Of a stretch of 61,891 bases of DNA, positions 27,042 to 35,027 are shown piece after piece; within the stretch, counting starts at the first letter, position 1, and every line of letters begins with the position of its first letter. Under the pieces are notes generated by a model. It was not told the DNA's origin and made no database searches. It saw only the letters and a program-made list of their open reading frames with translations. The DNA comes from a virus (lineage: Duplodnaviria; Caudoviricetes), in IMG/VR virus record IMGVR_UViG_3300037242_000090, positions 1 to 61,891 of that record; one strand, 5' to 3'. The translations under genes and the position numbers were made by a program.

Positions 27042-28613
27042 ATGAGCGCTTCTACGCCAGTAATCATGTCAACCAATCTGCTGCCCTTGCAAGCGCTGCC
27101 TGGGGTCGTCTACCCCAGCGACGCTTGGCTGGCGACCCTTGCGCCATGCCGCACGGCGGATTTGTTCTTTGACTTCAACGCCTACGCGCTGGCCAATAAA
27201 TACGCGTTTATCTATCTCGGTACGCAACCGGGTGATTATGCGAATCTCAAGGCGCTGTACGCCGCGGGGGCCGCTGTCCTTGCTGCTGGCAAGCCCCTAT
27301 GTATGCAAGTGCGCCGCAACCAGACGGTGACATTGGCGCAGATTGGTAGCCAAGTACTCATCATGTGCGGAACGTCCCCGGCACTGCCCGTGATCTTGAT
27401 GGCCACGCCGGATATCCAGAACCCACGGCCGATTTTTGAGGGGCGACTTAGCATCGGCAATCCGCACGGCGTTGTTCAGAACGTGGTGATAGATGCCCCG
27501 GATTTTTATGATCCGCTGGCCGATCCGTCCAACCCCCTATTCGCTGGTGCCGCGACAAGCGCGCAAGAGTCTGGGATTTATCTGGTCAGTAATCAGGCCA
27601 ACAACCACATTCTGGTCCAAGATGCCCGCGTGCAATTCATGCAAGGTGGTTTTGACATCGAAGGGATAGGCAATGATCCGCTCAGCACGATCATTTTGCA
27701 CCGCTGCACGGTCGCCAACTGCTATGGTCAGAGATGGGGGTTGTATGTTTCGAATACCCAGGATTTGCTGACACTCGATTGCATATTCGCGCACAACGGA
27801 TACGCCGCGCCGGTCGGGAAATGGCCCGGTGTTCCAAAAGCCGTAACCAACCAAAACATCTATCTTCAAAGCTGGGACAGCGAGTACATCGACGCGCCGT
27901 ACCTGAACGCGAATCCGATGACGCGGACCATCGGCCTGATTTCGGCGGATCCAGCGGCCGAAGGAATCGAGCAGCGCACGGGCGGCTTAATCGACACGGC
28001 GGTATTCCTGGGCTGCCCGATTACCGGGTTGATCGGCGCGACTGGCGGCCCAGCGGTCGTTATGAATGTCGTGATCGACTTCGGCGGTGGCGCGTTCGAC
28101 TTGACCAGCGGGCCGGGTGGTGGGGTGGCCTGGGGATTCTTGGACGTTTGCTCGCCGAGCGTCGATTTCTTGAACATCTACGGTGTCAACCAATCGCCGA
28201 CCCAACCCGCGCCATGGGTCATCGGGCTTCAATGTACGGCCACCCAAGACGGCGTGGCGATCGCGGCGCCCACGGATGCCAATCTCCTGAAGTGTATAGT
28301 TGTTGATCCATCCAACAAATCCTTCTCAGTGACATCGGGAACGGCGGGGAAGATCGTATTCGAGCAATGTGTTTTGCCGGGGACTACTGCGGCAAACGGA
28401 ATCATTACCAATCCTACATTTGTGAACGCCGCGTGGACCGTGGGCAAATACTTCGCCAGCCTGGGCATTCCCGGCGTGGTGGATGCGCCGAGCGGGCTCA
28501 AATTTATCGTGGCTAATCAGCGACGCGGAAACTGGAACGCTCTGCTAACCGCCCAGGCAATCGTCGCGGCGGCCGCTGCGGAGCTTACGGTGCTGCCGGC
28601 GGTGGCGGCGTGA
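27042..28613 (+). CDS. putative right-handed beta-helix protein
   Basis: GIYL/GLYV/DCIFAHNG/NIYL beta-helix-like stacks. Confidence 0.6.
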   Translation: MSASTPVIMSTNLLPLQALPGVVYPSDAWLATLAPCRTADLFFDFNAYALANKYAFIYLGTQPGDYANLKALYAAGAAVLAAGKPLCMQVRRNQTVTLAQIGSQVLIMCGTSPALPVILMATPDIQNPRPIFEGRLSIGNPHGVVQNVVIDAPDFYDPLADPSNPLFAGAATSAQESGIYLVSNQANNHILVQDARVQFMQGGFDIEGIGNDPLSTIILHRCTVANCYGQRWGLYVSNTQDLLTLDCIFAHNGYAAPVGKWPGVPKAVTNQNIYLQSWDSEYIDAPYLNANPMTRTIGLISADPAAEGIEQRTGGLIDTAVFLGCPITGLIGATGGPAVVMNVVIDFGGGAFDLTSGPGGGVAWGFLDVCSPSVDFLNIYGVNQSPTQPAPWVIGLQCTATQDGVAIAAPTDANLLKCIVVDPSNKSFSVTSGTAGKIVFEQCVLPGTTAANGIITNPTFVNAAWTVGKYFASLGIPGVVDAPSGLKFIVANQRRGNWNALLTAQAIVAAAAAELTVLPAVAA

Positions 28614-28620
28614 TGGTTTT

Positions 28621-28643
28621 GGTGATTATATACTTGGCTCACC
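28621..28643 (+). mobile_element. orphan IS1595-type left TIR
   Basis: GGTGATTATATACTTGGCTCACC. Confidence 0.8.
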
Positions 28644-28653
28644 TTACCACGCC

Positions 28654-28854
28654 CTATAGAAAATTGTCCATATCCGGCTCTGGATCGGGAGGGTCTTCAA
28701 CGCCCGACCCGCCGCACCGTGAACAGGTCCGCTCCGCGTCGTCGTCGCCTGTGATTGTTCCCATACCAGCGCATTCGGGGCATTCAATGCCTTCCGCATC
28801 GGGCGGACCGTATTTCCAGTCGTCCGGCTCAATTGGGCATTCGTGTAGTCCCAT
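28654..28854 (-). CDS. small acidic DnaJ-type Zn-finger protein
   Basis: CPECAGMG and CSRCGGSG motifs; antisense gene immediately inside the TIR. Confidence 0.7.
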   Translation of the reverse strand: MGLHECPIEPDDWKYGPPDAEGIECPECAGMGTITGDDDAERTCSRCGGSGVEDPPDPEPDMDNFL

Positions 28855-28929
28855 TACTTATTCCCCTTGCGGCGTGGCCGCTGTTTGGGTTTGAAACTAA
28901 CAATTATACCTGAAACCAACCGGAGCGAT

Positions 28930-30405
28930 ATGTTTCGAACGCTCATTGAACATCTTGAACCGCGCCGCCTGCTCTCGGCCAGCACTCCCGTAGCACCACC
29001 ACCTGGGAAGCTGCCGGTACAAATATTTGTAGAGGATGCGTGGAACAACACCACCATCACCGCTGAGTCCGCACCGTTTCAGGCATCGTTCAGCGCAACG
29101 CCCTACCAGAACGATGAGAATGTGGTGATTGGTTTGTCCAATGGGCCGGCTAGCGCCTACGCGGACTTGGCCGCGATCGTTCGGTTCAATCCAACCGGGC
29201 AAATCGACGTGCGCGACGGCTCGAATTACCAGGCCGACAACACGGTAAATTACGTTGCGGACACGGTGTACAAATTCACGATGGACGTGAACCCGGCGAA
29301 CCAGACATACGGTGTGTACGTCACGCCCGCCGGCGGTTCGCAAATCGAGCTGGCATCGAATTACGCGTTCCGAACCGAGCAGGCGACCACCTCGACCTTG
29401 AATAACCTGGGCGATTATGCCCTGGCCGGCAATGCGGGCGTGAGCGGCCTCGTGGTGGCGCCGCTGGCGACATCGCCCCCCCCGCCACCGCCCATCGTTG
29501 GGAATCCTGGGAGTGCCGGTCCAACGGATATGCCGAACGCATCGAACACGGGCCCGCAGGGCGGCACTTCGTTGACGCCCTACTATGGCATTCTCGATAC
29601 AACGGCCAATGGGCAGGTCATCAAAGACCTGGCGATTCAACCGGGCGACGGCGACATCATTGGGCAGATCAACGTTTTCAACGACAACGTCACCATCGAC
29701 GACTGCACGATCGACGGTGGCGCGGTTGGCCCGGGCACAAAGGGTGGATCTGCCTGGATCATTAAAATAATGCCCGGTGTAACGGGGACGGTCATCGAGA
29801 ATTGCTCCATAACCGAAACGGGCGATGGCGAAGTCTGCGTCACGGTTTGTGGGAACAACACCACGATCAGCAATTGCCAGTTCTTTAACACCGCCGGTTC
29901 GGTGTTCATGTTGGACGCCAGCAATGTGACAGTGGAGGGAAACTGGTTGTATGAAATTGGTTTCGATGCCGTAGGGACGGACAACAGCGATGATCCAGCC
30001 GATTTTCATGTGGACGATTGCTTCCTGGAGTCCGGCACAGGCGACATCATTGAGAATAACCTTTTCGACACACCGTGGCAGACAACGATTAACGGTGTGG
30101 AGTATGGCGACACAACAGATTTTTTCATTGACCCATTCGCGTCCACCGATGTTGTCGGTACGGTACTAATCCAAAACAACTACCTAGCCGGCGGCGGTTC
30201 GTACATTTTTTATTGCATGGGTCAAGGCACTGTGACCTTTGCGAACAACGAGATTGCATCGGGCTATCACGATGGGATTATCTATCCATCGTATGTAGGC
30301 GACGAAATAAATTGGTCGAACAACGTTCTTGCGCCGAGCGGACAGCAGCTTTCCGCCCCCGTGGTATCTGGGACGCACTTGGTAACGGACGCGCAGCCCG
30401 CGTGA
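28930..30405 (+). CDS. LEPR-xLL (planctomycete extracellular motif) protein with beta-helix domain
   Basis: MFRTLIEHLEPRRLLSA N-terminus, beta-sandwich region, poly-Pro linker, P.ASNTG and NVTIDDCTI/TVIENCSI/VTVEGNWL repeats. Confidence 0.8.
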   Translation: MFRTLIEHLEPRRLLSASTPVAPPPGKLPVQIFVEDAWNNTTITAESAPFQASFSATPYQNDENVVIGLSNGPASAYADLAAIVRFNPTGQIDVRDGSNYQADNTVNYVADTVYKFTMDVNPANQTYGVYVTPAGGSQIELASNYAFRTEQATTSTLNNLGDYALAGNAGVSGLVVAPLATSPPPPPPIVGNPGSAGPTDMPNASNTGPQGGTSLTPYYGILDTTANGQVIKDLAIQPGDGDIIGQINVFNDNVTIDDCTIDGGAVGPGTKGGSAWIIKIMPGVTGTVIENCSITETGDGEVCVTVCGNNTTISNCQFFNTAGSVFMLDASNVTVEGNWLYEIGFDAVGTDNSDDPADFHVDDCFLESGTGDIIENNLFDTPWQTTINGVEYGDTTDFFIDPFASTDVVGTVLIQNNYLAGGGSYIFYCMGQGTVTFANNEIASGYHDGIIYPSYVGDEINWSNNVLAPSGQQLSAPVVSGTHLVTDAQPA

Positions 30406-30492
30406 TGATTCTCCAAAAAGTCCGGCCAGCGCAACGCAACTGTGCTGTCCGGACTACCTAAAACACTACACCGCTTAAGCGCATACTCACGC

Positions 30493-30732
30493 ATGAGAGA
30501 CGAAATCCTAGTACGCGCCATCGTTGGCGGGACGACGCTGGTCCTGATGGCGCTGGACATCTTTCTCGTCTGGACGGGTCGCGCATCAATCACCAGTCAG
30601 TGCCGCTGGCTCAACGAAAAGACGCAGTACTTGTTCGCGCTGGTGCTGGCGTCGATATGGGTCCACCTGTTCATTTACCCACTGGTCAAGCGATGGCTGG
30701 CATGGCACACCCTGATACCGCAGGGGAAATAA
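30493..30732 (+). CDS. small two-TM protein (holin-like size)
   Basis: Two TM segments and a basic C-terminus. Confidence 0.55.
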   Translation: MRDEILVRAIVGGTTLVLMALDIFLVWTGRASITSQCRWLNEKTQYLFALVLASIWVHLFIYPLVKRWLAWHTLIPQGK

Positions 30733-30922
30733 TCTGCCCTGAGCAATGCGTCGGCTTCACTGAAATTATTCTTTGGAGGTTGAAGATGAAGGGTTATCAC
30801 AAAGTTCCATTTCGTAGTATCTATTGCGACACTTGGCGCAGTTGGCTTGCTGAGACAATTTACTGTTTGATTGTGTTGAAGCTGGAGCTGCCAAAGCCCC
30901 GATTGAGTGCGGCCCAAAAATA

Positions 30923-31384
30923 ATGTACCGCACCATCGCCATCCTCGGCGCACTGTTTCTCGAATGGCTGCTGATCATCGTGGCCATCGTGTTTTTGATT
31001 AACCGTGCGCGCCACGGCCAGACGCAGGAGTTTCCCGCCAAGCCGGTAAGGCCAGCGCCACCTGCGCAGGCACCCGCGCCCGCACAGAAGCCCATCGATG
31101 GCGCGATTTTCCGTCGCCACGAATACATCCGCAATGGAAAGAAAATTGACTGCTGGCTAAACGAACATGGCCAGCCCAAACAGATAATTGGGATTGCTCC
31201 GACTTCGTTCAAGCATCCGTTCACGCATGAACCGTGTCTTGCGATGGTGGGCTTTGTGATTGATGCCTGGAATCTGGCGGACGCGTGGGCGGTCTTCGAC
31301 CGCTTGGCAGCTCAAGCCCAGCGAGATTTCCACTGTGGGCGTAGAAAGCTGGAACTTCAAATGATGCGGGGAGAATCCATATAA
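30923..31384 (+). CDS. membrane-anchored hypothetical protein
   Basis: N-terminal TM segment and Pro-rich linker; TAATG-coupled to the next gene. Confidence 0.6.
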   Translation: MYRTIAILGALFLEWLLIIVAIVFLINRARHGQTQEFPAKPVRPAPPAQAPAPAQKPIDGAIFRRHEYIRNGKKIDCWLNEHGQPKQIIGIAPTSFKHPFTHEPCLAMVGFVIDAWNLADAWAVFDRLAAQAQRDFHCGRRKLELQMMRGESI

Positions 31385-32430
31385 TGCCATTTGCGCCTAC
31401 GACACCACCGCCCGCATCTACGCCGATTCTTCTGCCCATCAACGTCAAGAATTATGGTGCGCGTGGCGACGGCGTTACTCCCGACGATGCCGCTATCCGT
31501 CTGGCAATCGCCACGGCGGTGGGGCTCGGTAAGCCGCTGGCCAGCAATTCCACGTTAATCAGCTACGTTCCGTCGATCTACTTCCCACCCGGAAACTATC
31601 TGACGGCGCAGCCGGGAACGTTTAACCCAACAGTACCAGTCGGCAATTCAATCCAGGGTCTTGCTTTCGTCGGTGACGCTTACGGCAACACGCAAATCAC
31701 GGTCAGCGCGGCGACATACGCCGTCGGGCCTACGGATTGGTTATTCAACAATCTCAATCTGGCGTCGCTGGTCAGCTTCAAGAACATTCAGTTTGTGGGC
31801 GGCACGGGTACGGAGCAGTGCATGTATTTTGCCTGCACTGCGGGCGGCCGCGTCTACGACTCCCGATTTGAAGACTGTGATTTCAGGAACTTCGCCCAGG
31901 CGCTTCTCTACGGTGGGTCACAGAACACCTCGGAGAATAAATTCACGCGCACCTCGTTCTTCCTGGGCCCGAACCAGACGGGCATCACGATAGACAATGA
32001 GCAGTCTGTCAACTTCGACTTCAACGTGCTGAACGTGGGCGCGAACGGGGGCGGGACGTTCATCAACCTGATGCAGGGGGGTTTCATCAAGGCGCGGGAC
32101 ATCAACGCCTCGCTGCTCGGCGGTGGCGTGCTGTTGCAGACTCAGCCGCCCAACGCCGGCATCGGGCGCAATAACGACGGCATCTTCTTTGACGGGATGC
32201 GATGCGAGGTGTCGGGAGCCGCCCAGGTCGCGGTCGTGCAGAACAGTTTTCGCATGACGATCCAGAACTCCATGATCGGTCCGGTTCTTGGGGCGTACAC
32301 GGGAACCACGGGCCACTTGGCGGTGACAAACGGCAGCACGATCAAGTGCAAGAACTGCATTTACGATCCGTTGATAATCACTTTTGGTGCGGGCGTGACA
32401 TTCGACTCGGATTGCAGCTCGGCGAATTAA
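31384..32430 (+). CDS. pectate-lyase-3/tailspike-like beta-helix protein
   Basis: INVKNYGARGDGVTPDDAAIRLAI...IYFPPGNYL. Confidence 0.85.
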   Translation: MPFAPTTPPPASTPILLPINVKNYGARGDGVTPDDAAIRLAIATAVGLGKPLASNSTLISYVPSIYFPPGNYLTAQPGTFNPTVPVGNSIQGLAFVGDAYGNTQITVSAATYAVGPTDWLFNNLNLASLVSFKNIQFVGGTGTEQCMYFACTAGGRVYDSRFEDCDFRNFAQALLYGGSQNTSENKFTRTSFFLGPNQTGITIDNEQSVNFDFNVLNVGANGGGTFINLMQGGFIKARDINASLLGGGVLLQTQPPNAGIGRNNDGIFFDGMRCEVSGAAQVAVVQNSFRMTIQNSMIGPVLGAYTGTTGHLAVTNGSTIKCKNCIYDPLIITFGAGVTFDSDCSSAN

Positions 32431-32458
32431 GGCGCGTGAGCGGCGCGGGTGTTGGCAG

Positions 32459-33235
32459 TTATTTATCGAGTAACGGCGCGAGGCGTGATTCCAGCCTCAC
32501 GCAACCCAGGCCCATCGGATGGATACCGTCAGGCGCGAGGGAAGAATCGAGCTGGCCCGTTGCGTCTTGGGCCGCCGAGCCGACATCCACAAAACCGACG
32601 CCTTCTCCGGAGGCCATGGTTTTCAGCCGAGCATTAAGCTCGCCGATAATGGGATTCATCGCCGTCGTCGATGGCTTTCCCAAGGGCAACAGGGCGACAA
32701 CGACAATGCGCGTCTGCGGCGATCCCGACTTCAATCGGTCGATGATTTGTCGGTAGGTCTGGGCGACCTGCGAAGGCGGACGGTCCTTGGTCAGATCGTT
32801 GATCCCGCACCAGAGGAAAAGCTGGCGTGGGTGAAGGTCGATCAGGTTTTGCTCTCTGTCGAGCAAGCCCTCCGCCGTCTCTCCGGCGATGCATCGGTCG
32901 CGAATGTCGGGCAATGCGGCGTGCCAAGCCGCATCGGCATCACCCTCGTGGTCGCGGTCCAGCTCGAAGGCGAGCAGGGCGGCTGGGATGCTGTCGCCCG
33001 CGAAGACGATACATCCACGCGGCGCGCGAAGTGTCTGAAACCGGGCGTCTGACCAATCACGGAAAAAAGGATGGTAAGCCAGCGCGTTGCCGGGCGCGAT
33101 CTTTTTCCGCTGCTCCGCCACTTCGTGCCGAACGGCCAGGGCAATGCCAGCGACGTTTAGAAGCAGCGATGCGAACACCAGGCCAATACAAACGGCGTCT
33201 AGAAGCGGCGATGCGAACCGTGTCCATTTAAGCAT
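32459..33235 (-). CDS. GDSL/SGNH lipase-esterase
   Basis: FAGDSI, IAGET, GINDL and DGIHP blocks; N-terminal TM segment. Confidence 0.85.
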   Translation of the reverse strand: MLKWTRFASPLLDAVCIGLVFASLLLNVAGIALAVRHEVAEQRKKIAPGNALAYHPFFRDWSDARFQTLRAPRGCIVFAGDSIPAALLAFELDRDHEGDADAAWHAALPDIRDRCIAGETAEGLLDREQNLIDLHPRQLFLWCGINDLTKDRPPSQVAQTYRQIIDRLKSGSPQTRIVVVALLPLGKPSTTAMNPIIGELNARLKTMASGEGVGFVDVGSAAQDATGQLDSSLAPDGIHPMGLGCVRLESRLAPLLDK

Positions 33236-33259
33236 TCGGGAATCTCCTGCTGAGCAATT

Positions 33260-33724
33260 ATGCCACGAAACAACATAGCCGGCATCATCGGCTCGATTTT
33301 CCAGCGCCGCCGCTGCAAGGTTACGCGGGTGTGGTGGGGCGCCTTAACGGGAACAGCATCACAGTTTATCCTGTCCTATTCGTCGTCGACACCATCGAAC
33401 GGTAACTTTTTTTCCACCACAGATTACAACGAAATGATCCTTCATGCGGTGGCGCAGACGCCCGGGGCGAGCTACGCGAACATGACGGGTCTTACCGTGC
33501 TGCTGCAAAAGTTCAGCCCCGTATCCCAGGACTGGATCACGCTTCAGACGCTCAGTGTTGGCGCTTTAACGGGCGGACCCGCCGGCAACGGGACCGGCAC
33601 TTATTCGTGGGGTTCGCCTGGGATTTATACCAATTTTGGCGATCTGTGTCGCGTTGCCGTCTATGGCAGTGGTAGTTCCCCTGGGGCTGGATACCTGCAC
33701 ATCTTTGCCACGATGAAGGGATGA
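33260..33724 (+). CDS. hypothetical beta-rich protein
   Basis: 154-aa ORF abutting the next gene. Confidence 0.6.
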   Translation: MPRNNIAGIIGSIFQRRRCKVTRVWWGALTGTASQFILSYSSSTPSNGNFFSTTDYNEMILHAVAQTPGASYANMTGLTVLLQKFSPVSQDWITLQTLSVGALTGGPAGNGTGTYSWGSPGIYTNFGDLCRVAVYGSGSSPGAGYLHIFATMKG

Positions 33725-33725
33725 A

Positions 33726-35024
33726 ATGAGCGCACTTACCGTTACATCCCTTCTGAATTCAAATAGCTCCGTGACCTTGACGGGAACTTGGGCCAACTCA
33801 AGCAATACCGGGTCTAATCCGCTTTCGACCAACGTAAAGGTAACAACACATGTTGGCGATACGGCGACCGTTGTATTCACCGGCAGGGCGCTCTATCTTT
33901 TGACGGAGACCTACCAGACTCGTGGACCATTTACAGTCACGATCGACGGCAATCCCGTAACCGGCGACTTCCACTGCCAGAACTCACCCACGGCGGCTAC
34001 CGATTCGTTGTTGTCCAATCCCGGCGGCGCGTATTATGATCGGGTACTCGTTCCTATCGCCAGCGGGTTGACCGATAACGTTTCGCACACCGCGGTTTTG
34101 ACTTGCGCGCAGACGACCGTAAGAAGCGTAGCCGGCGCGAGTGGTCTAGCCGTTGACGCCTTTATTGTGGTGAGCGGTCAGCAGCTTAGTCCTACGGCGG
34201 GGATTTATGTTCCGCTGGGCGATAGCTGGGGAACGGGCGGTGGTCAGCCTTACTTTTACGATTTTGTATATCCCTACGTTGTCACCCGCGCGCTTCAGGC
34301 CGCGCTACAGCGGTCTATCACGATCCAGAACGGGTGTCGCTCTGGTTCGCTTTACTGTGCAAGCGCGGGTACCGGGGCCGTCGGCGGCATGTCTCGATTA
34401 TTCACCGGCGATGACACATGGGGCACCGCCGCTGTCAACGGGCTTTACGGGTTGCTCTCGTTTTCGCCGGAATTTGTGACGATCTTATTCGGCGCTAACG
34501 ATCTGCGCAGTGAAGCAAGCGGCGGCTCTTATACCGCCAACGGCGTTTCTGCGGCCGACTACGCGCGGCATGTGGTTGGTACGCTCCAATTCATGCAGGA
34601 TACTTTGGACGTGGTTGGGACGTATGGAACGCCCGTGAAGGTGGCGATTGGTACGCCGCCCTATTTGCCGCCGAATATGTTATGGGATTCCGTTCAGACC
34701 TACGCGGGTTCATCGACCTTTACCATCGCTGGCCTGGACAACGTTGAATTTGCGGTCGCACTGACTCGGCGAGTGTGCGACAGATATTCGTGGGTGCGTT
34801 GTGCCGGAATCTTCGAAGCGATGCAATACAACGATAGTTTGCTGATCCCCAACGCCAACACCGGCCAATCGGTTTATGGCTATAACAACGTCACATATAC
34901 AACCGATACCGGGTTGCATCCTTCCGAGCCGGCCAGTGGACTTATAGGCGAGGAGTTCGCGTCGACGTTGTTAGGCTTGACCTTCGATCAGCCAAACTAC
35001 AACCCGAATTTCTTCGCGCGGTAA
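33726..35024 (+). CDS. SGNH hydrolase with N-terminal beta-sandwich
   Basis: LGDSW, FGANDL and GLHP blocks. Confidence 0.8.
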   Translation: MSALTVTSLLNSNSSVTLTGTWANSSNTGSNPLSTNVKVTTHVGDTATVVFTGRALYLLTETYQTRGPFTVTIDGNPVTGDFHCQNSPTAATDSLLSNPGGAYYDRVLVPIASGLTDNVSHTAVLTCAQTTVRSVAGASGLAVDAFIVVSGQQLSPTAGIYVPLGDSWGTGGGQPYFYDFVYPYVVTRALQAALQRSITIQNGCRSGSLYCASAGTGAVGGMSRLFTGDDTWGTAAVNGLYGLLSFSPEFVTILFGANDLRSEASGGSYTANGVSAADYARHVVGTLQFMQDTLDVVGTYGTPVKVAIGTPPYLPPNMLWDSVQTYAGSSTFTIAGLDNVEFAVALTRRVCDRYSWVRCAGIFEAMQYNDSLLIPNANTGQSVYGYNNVTYTTDTGLHPSEPASGLIGEEFASTLLGLTFDQPNYNPNFFAR

Positions 35025-35027
35025 TCG

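Noticed and set aside
33154-33220. ~25-bp imperfect direct repeat at the 5' end of the GDSL gene
   Set aside because: Short intragenic duplication (FASPLLD / FASLLLN) with no further structure.
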